NCBI GenBank assembly: GCA_050259035.1
Contig: JBLMZW010000141.1
Coordinates: 270 to 64,269 of the forward strand
Length of the DNA: 64,000 nucleotides
DNA from: Chitinophagales bacterium
GTDB taxonomy: Bacteria; Bacillota; Syntrophomonadia; Syntrophomonadales; DTU052
Reading direction: 5' to 3'
A model generated the notes under the pieces. It was not told the origin of the DNA and did not search any database. It saw only the letters and a program-made list of their open reading frames with translations. Made by a program: the position numbers and the translations under genes. Shown piece by piece: positions 1 through 10,400 of the stretch; the first letter of the stretch is position 1, and every line of letters begins with the position of its first letter.

Positions 1-118
1 TGACCTGGACAGGTTTAAAATAAGACCAGCCCTTCAAGGGTTCCGGCGGGTAGGCTGCCAACACAGGAACACAAATCAGAGATAATGTAATTAAAAGCAA
101 GGCGGTACGGCGGATCAT
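1..118 (-). CDS. 5' part of a secreted protein (possibly DUF3999-like), runs off the window
   Basis: ATG at 118 overlaps the TGA of the upstream gene (ATGA). Manual translation gives MIRRTALLLITLSLICVPVLAAYPPEPLKGWSYFKPVQV, a signal peptide ending VLA-A. DUF3999 genes often follow DUF2339 genes. Confidence 0.6.
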   Translation of the reverse strand, partial: MIRRTALLLITLSLICVPVLAAYPPEPLKGWSYFKPVQV

Positions 119-2649
119 AAGACCTCCTTTTGGTCATTATGGTTTTCTAAGACCGGAAGTCGATTAGGATCAAGTTTTTCAAGGCGCTGGTAAATATATG
201 ATATGGCCAGGAAGATTAATCCGAAACCAAAATAGGCAAAAATACGGGTCAAACTGGTCATGTATCTCAGGTCAAACAGGAGAAGTTTGGCGGTGGCAAA
301 AAGAGCTAGAATCAACCCCGACCTGCGTATGTATGAATAACCTTGCTTCAAACCGTATACCACAAAGGCGAATGAAAAGGCCATAAGTACGAAGCTATCT
401 ACGACATGGCTGCTGGGAATCCAACCAAACTGGCAACTGCGAGTAAGGATTACAGCCAGAAGCAGGTAGGCTGCCATTACTATAGGATACCACTCTTGAC
501 TGACGCGATACCGATCAATAACCGCTAGAGTGCCGCGTCGTAGGGTAATAAATACAAAGGTGTGATATGCCAGCAGAACCAGGAACGCGGTCCAGGAGGC
601 AAGGCTGAAAATGTCGCCTTTCCCGGTGGGAAATAGTGATGTGGTAGTTAATATCAGACAACGCAAATCAATTAAGCCTATAATAATCCAGGTCCCGAAA
701 GATACGTATTTATCTCCAGTCATTTTAGTTCTTCCCAGGAGCCAGCAGTAAACGGTGCCAATGACAGCCACCAGGATATATGAGTAGAAGTTCTCAAATA
801 CAGGAGCCAGTTTGAGATAAGGCAACAAATAGTGGCTGAATACGTAAAGGGCTTCAAAGAGGGCATATAAGATGGCGTGTATCAGGATGATGTATTTAAC
901 CGGATTGAACAATGAGCCCAGAACAGATTCTCCAGGCCCTTCTGTTCGCATATAATGGCTTGCCAGAGCAATGAAAAGACCTATGGTTATAACCGCATAT
1001 TTGTAATGGTACAATGGATCAGAGTCGGGTCTGACAAATAGGAAGACATAGTAGGCTAACCCCAGAACCACCCAGCCAATCCGCTGCAATATAGGGGATT
1101 TAACATAAACTCCATAGGCTATAAACAAAACGGCTTCGATTGTCCAACCAATACTTAACCATACTTTGCCAAACTGGAAGGGAACGATGAGTGTGGCAAA
1201 TGTCAGCGCGGTCAGCCAGAAAATGTTGGACATTATTTCTTCTTTGGGCAGCAGGCGTTTCAAATTGTAGGCTAAAAAACTATAAAGCAGGGCGAAGAAA
1301 ACCGCTAAAAGACCGCGATAATCATTCCAGCCTGCCCGAGCGAAAAGCCAGTAGGTAAGGGCGCAGCTCATGGTGGTATTTAAAAAAAGAAGGAATACCT
1401 CTTGATGAAGAAGGGGCACCTTGAAGCGTAATGAGTAGCCCAGAGTAATAACCAGGAAGAGAGTGAACATGGCCGCAGTAAAGAATAGCGAAGTCTGGGG
1501 ATTACCAATTTGAACCAGGTAGATGATAACTGGAATGGAAAAAAGAAAGCCGACCCAATTTACTATCTGCCATTTTCTAAATAGGGAGACGACTAAAACC
1601 ATTGCGTTTAGCAGAAAGACATAAGCCATAGCCTCAGGGCCACCCAGTTCCATATAAAAAACATAAACAAAGAAAGGAAGATACCCGCCGATTAAAGCGA
1701 AAAGACAGATAACCTTAGAATCATACCGGACTGACATTATGATAGTTGCAATAGTAATCAAAAGGGACATGACAATAGCCGTATAAAAGTTAAAAATATG
1801 CAGATAAAAATAGCCCGAGAATGCGGTTATGTAAAGTATAGCTACTCCGCCCGAAGTTAAACCGAGAGAAAAGATGTTCTTGTCCTTTCGATTGAAATAT
1901 TCCCCCGACGCCAGAAAAGCCAGACCAAGCAGCAGCAAAATTATGCCTTTGGCATATGGCCCGGGCCTGAACCAGTTATTATACCCGTATTTCACCAGAA
2001 AGACGGTGGCCAAAACAATTAAGAAAATCCCCAGTTTATTCATCCAGCTTAGACCTAGGATACGCTCAAAATTGTTTTGAAGTATTCGCCTTTGTATTAC
2101 TGTCTCGGATACCGGTTCATTCGCCATATTTACATAACGAGTATTCACCTCGGTAATTTGTTGATGTCGGGTTTCTGCTGCAATCTCCATCTTATCCCGA
2201 AGAACTGTGTCAACTTTTTGTGAAAGTATGGAGAGTTCTTGCTTAAGCAGTTCTTCTTCTTTCATAAGGTCACTGAAGAGTTTATTATGGATTTCAGCCA
2301 GTGATCGCCGTAGGGAGGTTTCCATTGTCGACAGGCGGTTTTGAGTAGCATTAACATTTTGTTGAAAATAAGTTTCCAGCTTAGCACGGGACATTTTCAG
2401 GATACTTAAGCGCTCATTGATTATTTGTTCATTTAATGACATCCTGAGCCGGGAGTTCTCTTCACGGGTACTTCGAAGGGTTCGGTTAAGAACTTCGTTT
2501 TCCGTTTTTAATTTGTTTAAGGTATCACGTAATTCCTTATTTTCCAGAATTACAACGTCTGTGTCGTAAGCCGCAAGAATATTTTCCAGTTCGGAGACTG
2601 ACTGTTTCTCAGCTTGAATTACCTTGTTTAAACGGTCCTTAAGATCCAA
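115..2649 (-). CDS. DUF2339-type large membrane protein with N-terminal coiled coil
   Basis: About 200 aa of coiled coil, then FERILGLSWMNKLGIFLIV (typical DUF2339 start) and many TM helices. Likely start is TTG at 2649 after GGAGG (ORF extends to 2700). Confidence 0.8.
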   Translation of the reverse strand: MDLKDRLNKVIQAEKQSVSELENILAAYDTDVVILENKELRDTLNKLKTENEVLNRTLRSTREENSRLRMSLNEQIINERLSILKMSRAKLETYFQQNVNATQNRLSTMETSLRRSLAEIHNKLFSDLMKEEELLKQELSILSQKVDTVLRDKMEIAAETRHQQITEVNTRYVNMANEPVSETVIQRRILQNNFERILGLSWMNKLGIFLIVLATVFLVKYGYNNWFRPGPYAKGIILLLLGLAFLASGEYFNRKDKNIFSLGLTSGGVAILYITAFSGYFYLHIFNFYTAIVMSLLITIATIIMSVRYDSKVICLFALIGGYLPFFVYVFYMELGGPEAMAYVFLLNAMVLVVSLFRKWQIVNWVGFLFSIPVIIYLVQIGNPQTSLFFTAAMFTLFLVITLGYSLRFKVPLLHQEVFLLFLNTTMSCALTYWLFARAGWNDYRGLLAVFFALLYSFLAYNLKRLLPKEEIMSNIFWLTALTFATLIVPFQFGKVWLSIGWTIEAVLFIAYGVYVKSPILQRIGWVVLGLAYYVFLFVRPDSDPLYHYKYAVITIGLFIALASHYMRTEGPGESVLGSLFNPVKYIILIHAILYALFEALYVFSHYLLPYLKLAPVFENFYSYILVAVIGTVYCWLLGRTKMTGDKYVSFGTWIIIGLIDLRCLILTTTSLFPTGKGDIFSLASWTAFLVLLAYHTFVFITLRRGTLAVIDRYRVSQEWYPIVMAAYLLLAVILTRSCQFGWIPSSHVVDSFVLMAFSFAFVVYGLKQGYSYIRRSGLILALFATAKLLLFDLRYMTSLTRIFAYFGFGLIFLAISYIYQRLEKLDPNRLPVLENHNDQKEVL

Positions 2650-2895
2650 TTTCCGTCCTCCCTTCAAAAGAGGCTCTGTTTTCATTATTTTTCCATTCAT
2701 TGATTGCTAAGTCAATCCATGTAAATATTATTACTTTCTATTCGAATTACCGCGGGATTATGAGAAGTCATAGCTGGCATCCGATTTAGTATTGGAAATA
2801 CCCCGATTAAAGAGGATAGACAGGCCTTTATATCTGTTAGCGGGTTTGCAATAAGCAAAATAGCGAATTAATATCGGGTTATGTTAGTAAAAAAA

Positions 2896-2921
2896 AGGAA
2901 TTACCGCAGTTTTCCCAGAAT
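2896..2921 (+). promoter_or_regulatory. Possible SigH-type promoter
   Basis: AGGA-N18-GAAT upstream of the 3051 gene. Confidence 0.3.
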
Positions 2922-3050
2922 TAGAACTAAGAATCCTCAGCCTATCGTATTTTGGGACGGATCGTTTTTATTGATAATTGTCTTTGAGTTCAGGGCATCC
3001 TTTCTAAGTTTTTATGTTCTTCAGTTGATACTTCTGCGGGAGGTGATTGA

Positions 3051-3689
3051 TTGGTACAGGGTTTCCTTCTGGGACTGGCCAGTGGAACTGTCTGTTTGGC
3101 AACCTGTCTTCCAGTCCTATTCCCGCTATTACTGGGGGAAGGATCTGACACCCGCCAAAACTACTTCCTGCTGGGCAAGTTTCTATCCGGGCGCCTGGTC
3201 GGCTATATGCTATTTGGGTTGATAGCCGGGGTGTTTAGCCAACTATTAAACGGGACAGGTCCAGCCCGGGAATTGATTCTGGGTGCGGTAGACGCCATTC
3301 TTTCCATTTTAATGATTGTTTACGGTTTTTCCCGTCCTCGAGAGGTGTGTGCCGGAAAAGCAATGAACTGGTCGGTGGCGAAGGGATTTAGCCGTTGGCC
3401 TGAATTACTTCCTACGGTCCTGGGATTTTTAACCGGATTGAGTCTTTGTCCACCGTTTCTTCTGGCCTTGGCCGGAGCATCGAATTCTCGAACTATCATT
3501 GGGAGTATGCTATTCTTTTTAGCCTTTTTTTTCGGGACCTGTTTATATTTTATTCCCATGCCTGTTATCGGTCTGGCAAACCGTTTTCAGACATTAAAGA
3601 TAATCGGGAGATTGGCGGCAATAGTAATCGCTGTTTATTACCTTTATACCGGAATCATTTTATTGGGAGGAGGAATTATGGCTTTATGA
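3051..3689 (+). CDS. TauE/SafE-DsbD_2-like membrane protein
   Basis: GLASGTVCLATC and GFLTGLSLCPP motifs, ~6 TM helices, GGAGGTG RBS with TTG start. Confidence 0.7.
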   Translation: MVQGFLLGLASGTVCLATCLPVLFPLLLGEGSDTRQNYFLLGKFLSGRLVGYMLFGLIAGVFSQLLNGTGPARELILGAVDAILSILMIVYGFSRPREVCAGKAMNWSVAKGFSRWPELLPTVLGFLTGLSLCPPFLLALAGASNSRTIIGSMLFFLAFFFGTCLYFIPMPVIGLANRFQTLKIIGRLAAIVIAVYYLYTGIILLGGGIMAL

Positions 3690-4873
3690 ACATGATTGAA
3701 CCCCAGATTAACAGCCCGGGCCCTGAACGCCCCGTTCCTCAACACAGGGTATGGAAATCGGCTTTATTAACCTTGCCGATGATAGGCATGTCGTTTATTA
3801 TGCTTTTCCAGGGCAGTTTTCCATCTGAACCGGGTCAGTTGGCCGGAACGACCATTGTTTTTATCTTATGCAACGTGTTATTTTTCTTGATGATACATAC
3901 CGGCAAGGTCAATAAGTACCGGAAACCACTGTTCATACTAACTGCATTTTGTTTCAGTCTGACCTTTATCTGCAACTTGATTGAAGTGCGGGGCAGCATG
4001 ATGTTAACTCAGGCTAATATGCTGGATGGAGAGACTCCGTTTTGTCATTTAGTCATTCCTATGGTTATCATCCCGGCAGCTCTGACTAAAACCATAATCT
4101 TTCCGGGCTCTATGTTGAATGGCTGGGCAGCAATAGGTTTGATGCTGGTGATGTGGGCCGGCATCTCATTGGTCCTCGGCAGAGGATGGTGCAGTTGGGC
4201 CTGCTTCTTCGGCGGTTTCGATGAAGGGTTTTCTTGTCTGCGTAAAAAAACAGTAATAAAGAAGATCGACCGGCGTTGGACCTACTTTCCCTGGGCCGTG
4301 TTAATAGGAGTAGCATTAATGTCAGCCGTTACCCTCTCACCTTTTTATTGTGAATGGCTGTGTCCTTTTAAAGCTGTTACTGAATTCGAACAAATAACTT
4401 CCTTTAAGCTCCTGGTACAAACCATAATTTTCGGCAGCTTGTTCCTGGCATTAGTGGTTATCCTTCCGATTCTAACCCGGAGACGAATACAGTGCGGGCT
4501 TTTTTGCCCCTTTGCCGCTTTCCAATCTCTGACCAACAAAATAAATATATTTGAGGTGCGTATTGATCAGGAAGCCTGCAAAGACTGCGGAAAGTGTATA
4601 CGTGAATGTCCGACCTTTTCACTCGACGAGAAAAGTGTTGAAGCCGGTAAAACACTGATGTCTTGTACCAAGTGCGGTAAATGTGTGGATAACTGCCCGA
4701 GGAAGGCAGCGGCCTATCATATTAAAGGCACTCCCTTTAAACTGGGTTCAGAAGCAACGCGGCTACTATACGTTTATCCCGCTTTCTTAATCCTTGTCAT
4801 TATCGGGGGGGACATGATTTGTGATGCCCTGATTCGATTAATCAAGCTGGCTACCACCGGCAGTCTTCTATGA
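3686..4873 (+). CDS. Membrane 4Fe-4S binding protein (NapH/RdxA-like polyferredoxin)
   Basis: GRGWCSWAC, CEWLCP and CGLFCP motifs plus two CxxCxxCxxxCP ferredoxin motifs. ATG at 3686 overlaps the upstream stop (ATGA). Confidence 0.8.
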   Translation: MNMIEPQINSPGPERPVPQHRVWKSALLTLPMIGMSFIMLFQGSFPSEPGQLAGTTIVFILCNVLFFLMIHTGKVNKYRKPLFILTAFCFSLTFICNLIEVRGSMMLTQANMLDGETPFCHLVIPMVIIPAALTKTIIFPGSMLNGWAAIGLMLVMWAGISLVLGRGWCSWACFFGGFDEGFSCLRKKTVIKKIDRRWTYFPWAVLIGVALMSAVTLSPFYCEWLCPFKAVTEFEQITSFKLLVQTIIFGSLFLALVVILPILTRRRIQCGLFCPFAAFQSLTNKINIFEVRIDQEACKDCGKCIRECPTFSLDEKSVEAGKTLMSCTKCGKCVDNCPRKAAAYHIKGTPFKLGSEATRLLYVYPAFLILVIIGGDMICDALIRLIKLATTGSLL

Positions 4874-4883
4874 GAAGGGGGAG

Positions 4884-5354
4884 GTGGATAAAATGAGTAA
4901 AGTTAGAACCATATTAGCTTATTTTCTCGCAGCCCTGGCGGTACCCATAACCATTGCATTCTTTGTTGGCATGACGCCTTTGGCTGAAGCCCTGGTCAAG
5001 GCAACTGGTCTTAAAGTGTCGCCCTGGTATGACGGTGGAGAAGTTGTTCGCACGATTAAACACGATGGTTATGCAACCAGGATCCATCGCCCGGTTTTCG
5101 ACGGACTGATAGGAGAAAAGAAAGAGGGTTTCGTTCGAATTGATTGGGTACCATCTAAGGAATTGCCCCCCAAAATTAAAGAGGGGATTGATATTAACGA
5201 TGATGGTAAGGTAGATGTAGTTGTAAACCTTGATACCAGTGCCAGCAAGGCTACAATTAATCCGAAAAGGGAATGGGTGGAGGGTTTGATCGGAACCTAC
5301 AGCCTTAAGGATGGTCAGGCTGTGAAAATAAAACTCAAGAACGTAGGGATATAA
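4884..5354 (+). CDS. Hypothetical membrane-anchored protein with DxNxDG loop
   Basis: N-terminal TM/signal segment, DINDDGKVD motif, GGAGG RBS. Confidence 0.65.
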   Translation: MDKMSKVRTILAYFLAALAVPITIAFFVGMTPLAEALVKATGLKVSPWYDGGEVVRTIKHDGYATRIHRPVFDGLIGEKKEGFVRIDWVPSKELPPKIKEGIDINDDGKVDVVVNLDTSASKATINPKREWVEGLIGTYSLKDGQAVKIKLKNVGI

Positions 5355-5406
5355 TCGGACCAAAAATAGAATTGTTAAAAAACAAAGTGCTCGGTTACTT
5401 TCCTTT

Positions 5407-6183
5407 TTGATTAGGGACAAACTGCTGTCAGCATTTTATAGTCTAATTGGATATATGGAGAGCATAAAAGTGATGGATTCATTTAGCGTGAATTGTGTTG
5501 TTATCACCATATATAATTACCCATTGAGCTTTATTGAATTAATAGGAACAGCCTTTGGCCTTTGTAGTGTAGCCCTAGCAGCGAGAGAAAAAGTTCTTAA
5601 CTATCCAATTGGCCTAATAAATGTTATCCTTTTCTTTCTCATTTTCTATCAGGTGCAACTCTATTCGGACATGATTCTCCAGGTTTATTTTTTCATCATT
5701 AGTATCTACGGTTGGTGGAGGTGGTTAAGTCCAACCGGGGAGTTTGAAGCCAAAGCCAATCATGAGTTAAGGATCACTAATAATACACTAAAGACTAATA
5801 CCGGTTACATCCTATTGGTTGCAATAGGGGTTGTGATTTTGGGTACTGTAGTTAAAAACCTTCATCTGTGGTTGCCAACCATATTTAAGCTGCCCGCGGC
5901 ATTTCCCTACCTTGATTCTTACGTGGCTGTGGCTAGTATGGTGGCAATGTATTTGTTAGCTCGTAAAAAGCTGGAGAATTGGATTCTATGGATAAGCGTT
6001 GATGCACTGTGTATTGTGCTTTATTTCGTGAAAAACATTAAGTTGATGTCTTTTGAGTATCTGTTATTCTTCTTAATTGCATCATTTGGCCTCTGGAACT
6101 GGTTCAAGGAATTCCGAGAAAGCCAGTTTGAAAATAGCGGAAAGGTTAATGTTGATTATGAACCGTCGAAATTAATGGAGTGA
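5407..6183 (+). CDS. pnuC: Nicotinamide riboside transporter PnuC
   Basis: QLYSD, YGWWRW, PYLDS and ARKKLENWILW motifs; adjacent to a NadR-like gene. True start may be ~5470. Confidence 0.9.
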   Translation: MIRDKLLSAFYSLIGYMESIKVMDSFSVNCVVITIYNYPLSFIELIGTAFGLCSVALAAREKVLNYPIGLINVILFFLIFYQVQLYSDMILQVYFFIISIYGWWRWLSPTGEFEAKANHELRITNNTLKTNTGYILLVAIGVVILGTVVKNLHLWLPTIFKLPAAFPYLDSYVAVASMVAMYLLARKKLENWILWISVDALCIVLYFVKNIKLMSFEYLLFFLIASFGLWNWFKEFRESQFENSGKVNVDYEPSKLME

Positions 6184-7175
6184 TACATATGTCAGAACAG
6201 AAAATCGGACTAACCCTGGGAAAATTTGCTCCTTTGCATAAAGGACACCAGCATTTGATAGAAACTGCTTTAAATGAAATGGATCACCTAATCGTGATAG
6301 TATATGGTTGTCCGGAGATTACTTCAGTTCCATTAGAAACGCGAGTGGGGTGGATTGCCAATATATACCCTTCAGTAGAGGTTATTGAGGCGGAAGATGG
6401 TCCGAAGGAAGTGGGAGATACTCCTGAAATCAAGGCCAAACAAGAGAGATATATCTTAGGTAAGCTGAATGGCCGTAAAGTGACTCATTTCTATTCAAAC
6501 GAGTTTTATGGGGAGCATATGAGCCAGGCTTTAGGTGCGGTAAACCGCCAGGTTGATAGGCATCGATTAGAATATCCGGTTTCAGGTACCCTGATCCGAG
6601 AGAATTATTATGAGTATCGAGATTATTTACATCCTGTCGTATATCGGGACTTGATAACCAAGGTAGTATTTTTAGGAGCTCCGGCAACTGGGAAAACAAC
6701 TATAGCTGAATACCTGGCAAATGAATATAACACGGTTTGGATGCCTGAATACGGTCGTGAATACTGGGAAAAGCACCAAATTAACCGCCGTTTATCCCCT
6801 TTACAGTTGGTTGAAATAGCCGAAGGGCACTTCGAACGTGAGGAAAAATTGCTTCTTGAAGCAAGAAACTATTTGTTTACTGATACCAATGCCATTACAA
6901 CCTACATGTTTTCTCAATATTATCATGGTTATGCTCACTCCCGCCTAGTGGAACTCGCACAAATTGCGGAGTCCCGTTATGATCATTTTTTTCTTTGCGA
7001 TAGCAATATTCCATACGCTGATACCTGGGACCGATCAGGGGTGACGCAAAGAGAAACGTTCCAGAAAAATATAATAGCAGATCTTGCGAATAGAAAAATA
7101 CCATTTACAGTAATTGGCGGGAAATTAAACAAACGGGCCGACCAGGTGAAAAGATTATTACAAATTAAGATTTAG
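6180..7175 (+). CDS. nadR: NadR-like NMN adenylyltransferase / ribosylnicotinamide kinase (no HTH)
   Basis: GKFAPLHKGH (HxGH), Walker A GAPATGKTT, PEYGREY, DTN motif. Confidence 0.85.
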   Translation: MIHMSEQKIGLTLGKFAPLHKGHQHLIETALNEMDHLIVIVYGCPEITSVPLETRVGWIANIYPSVEVIEAEDGPKEVGDTPEIKAKQERYILGKLNGRKVTHFYSNEFYGEHMSQALGAVNRQVDRHRLEYPVSGTLIRENYYEYRDYLHPVVYRDLITKVVFLGAPATGKTTIAEYLANEYNTVWMPEYGREYWEKHQINRRLSPLQLVEIAEGHFEREEKLLLEARNYLFTDTNAITTYMFSQYYHGYAHSRLVELAQIAESRYDHFFLCDSNIPYADTWDRSGVTQRETFQKNIIADLANRKIPFTVIGGKLNKRADQVKRLLQIKI

Positions 7176-7407
7176 TTTGGCAATAAGATACCGCTATATG
7201 AAAGTACCATTTTTGTGGGGGTTGCTATGGTATTCATCGAATAGTGGCATCTAGGGTTAAGGTTTAAAATACATTGTGGGTTACGACAAATTCGCATGAT
7301 ATCATAAGGCCTATGCAAATCGAGATCAGAGATATAAAAAACACTAGATTACGTAAATAATCCTAATCGATTAATGATCTTAAGAAAATCACCGGAGGTG
7401 ATTCCCA

Positions 7408-10400
7408 CTGAAGAAATGCTTTTTAACCCCTTTCGCCAGTTCGAAAAGGCGAGAGTTGGTACGGGAATGCATCAAATATATGCATCGGGGCCAGAAGGCC
7501 GTTTACATACTGCCATCGCGGGAAGCGATGTTCGATGTACGGAGAATGTTAACGGAAGAAAACGGCGGGATATCGGACTGCCTGATACTGGGATTCGATA
7601 ACCTGGAGAGGATAATTACCCGTAGCCAAGTAAAACGCGATACTCTTAATAATGGGGAAGTAAGGAGCATTATCAGAGGTTTACTGGCGACGATGAGGCC
7701 GCCTGTCTTTGCCGGAGTTATAGACAAACCCGGGCTTACAGACGGCCTGGTAACAGCTATTAAGAGCTTGAAACGGCAGTATATCAGCCCGGCGGATTTC
7801 AACCATAGAATCTCTGGCTTTGAAGGGATCGTGCAGGATAAATGCCAGGCCGTCAGTCACATTTACCAGGCTTACGAAGAGTACAAGGAAGCTCATGGAT
7901 CATTGGATATAGACGACCTTTCCTGGTTGGCAATCAATAATGCCGCAGAAGCCCCCTTGTTCAATACAACCGGAGTAATTGTGATTGATGGATTTATTAA
8001 TATAGACGCGGTTAATGTTGAATTGTTGCGGGAGATTGCCGCCACCTACCCGGAGATAGACTTTTTGGCCCACGTTCCCTTTAGAAATGTTCATAATGAG
8101 GATTTTTTACGTGATGAAGTACTAAAGGACTTGGAGCAACTGGGTTTTGAATGCGTAAACGACAATAGCCCGGCAGAGTCCGAGCCGGCTGTCACATCTC
8201 TGGCCCGGGAACTATATGCCGGCAAAGCGTGCCTGGGTGATATGAGGGACTGTCTTGAGGTCGTGCCCGGGCCCTGTATGGATTACGAACTCCGAGAGGC
8301 TGCCCGGGCTATAAAGAAGTTGATCATAGAAGGTGTCAACCCTTCCGATATAGCGATTTACTGTAGCACTGGGGAAGAATACAGGCCGAAAGCAATAGAG
8401 ATATTCGCCGAGATGGGTGTTCCCCTGAGGATTTCAGGCGGGGATCGGCTGTATTCCATACCTCTGGTTAAGGATCTTTTTGACCTGTTTCGTTTTTTGG
8501 CAGAAGAACCTAACGAACGTTATTTTCGGAGTCTGGTGGGTTCCAAGTACCTTATACCGCTTGAGGCAGCGGCAGTATTGCCTGATGAGAACTATCGCCT
8601 GGTAAAGCTGGCTGGTCAATTGGCTAAGAGCCGTGAACCTGATCTCTATCTTTCCTCGTTTCGCCAGGCAGTCCCCGAAATACTGGTGGATGCCCCCTCT
8701 AGGGATGCAATGATTAAATACATATCTACGATCGAGGAATTCCCTGATAACTGCAACAACCAGTCCGAATGGCTGCTGGCCTTCAAGACATTGGTGAATA
8801 GCCTGCATCTAATAGACAAGGTCAAATGGATGAAAATTCAAAGCATCCTTAACGAAACTTCATTCATGCGGGATGTATTAGCTCTGCAAGGTTTTATCGG
8901 GGTGATCGACGAATTGATCGCCAGTTATAGAAAACTTGATACCATGCCGTATGCAGAATGGAAGCGATACTTGATCTCTGATTTACATGACCAGTTATTG
9001 TTCAAGGAGACCGATCTTCGTTTGAAGGGCTTACAGGGAGTAAACTTTCTTTCCCCGGATATGGCCCGGGGACAGAACTATCATGCAGTTTTTATAATTG
9101 GTTTGAATGAAGATTGCTTCCCATCAGTAGGTACGGGGAATCTTCTCTTCAATTTTCGAGAAAACACCGTGCTTAATGAGAATGGAATTAACTTTCGCTA
9201 TCCCCTGTGGGAACTGCAAAGGGAACGAATTCGCTTCAACAGCTGCCTGGGCTCGGCCCGCAAGTCTATATTCTTATCCTACCGGACCGGGGATGAGTCT
9301 GATAATTATATAATATCTTCCCCCTTTCTGGATGAAGTGGCTTTAGTATTAGGCGATCATTTCAAAGAAATCGAACGCCCCATGGTCAGTATGCGTCAGC
9401 GCCTGGATTACTCACAGGAACCGGCTTCGTGGAGAGAAGCAATGCGTCAAATGACTGGTCGGATGTGGCGGCTGCGAAGTGGTCCCGGCTTGGATGTTCC
9501 ATACCTAAAAGGCATTTCAAACGCAAGGATTCATGAGCTAAATTACATAAATCATGCCGCTCGCATGGAGATATCACGGATGGATAATCCGAAATTTGAT
9601 AAATATGACGGCCTGCTTTCGTCACCTCAACTGGCTCAGAGTGATAATGATTACATTTTCAGTGTATCTCAGTTAAACAGCTATGCGGCCTGTCCCTTCA
9701 GATACTTTATTGAGCGGGTTCTGGATCTTAAAGAAGAAGAGGATGGTCCTCTGGGTTACATGAATATAGGATCTTTCTATCACACGGTGTTGGAGAACTA
9801 TTATCGTAACCATCCGGATCCTTTGGTACTTGATTCGGCCAGGTTGGATAGTATCTTTGAACAGAATGTGGATGTACTTAATGACGGTTCTATTCCGGAT
9901 ACCATATTTCAGTCCGTTAAGGTGGAATTACTAAATGTTTTACAGACTTTTCTTCAGAATGATGCCGGTGTTTTAAAGTATATTCGGGATAATACCAACT
10001 GCGACATGAAGCCGGCCTTATTTGAACAGGAATTTGAATTAGATCAACAGTTCGGCAACCAAAAAATAAAGGGCTTTATTGACCGGGTGGACCTGGAATA
10101 TGATCAAAAACAGGAATTAACCGGACGTTACATCATTTATGACTACAAGACTTCTAACGCTAAGACTTTAAAGGATTGCATTGAAGGGCTAGATTACCAG
10201 CTCCCTATTTACCATTCGGCTGTTAATGAACTTCTAAAAAATAAACATGGTATTCAAAACCCGGAGTGTCTGGCGCTTATCTACTACAGTATAAAAGAAT
10301 CAAATCGAAGAGGCATAGTGCGCAAGGATATAAAAAAGTCATTGTTTAAGGGCAAGACCGGGCCTAGGGATTTGCTTGGCCCGGATAATATAAGGGTGGT

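Noticed and set aside
3446-3685. N-terminal 80-aa extension of the polyferredoxin ORF
   Set aside because: It overlaps the upstream gene in another frame; ATG 3686 with an ATGA overlap is the plausible start.
4914-5420. 168-aa antisense ORF (and similar shadows such as 10339-10917, 14011-14445, 46982-47374)
   Set aside because: These lie opposite well-supported genes, with no RBS or recognisable motifs.
5407-7175. HTH-less NadR with PnuC as a novel system
   Set aside because: This is a known nicotinamide riboside salvage arrangement.
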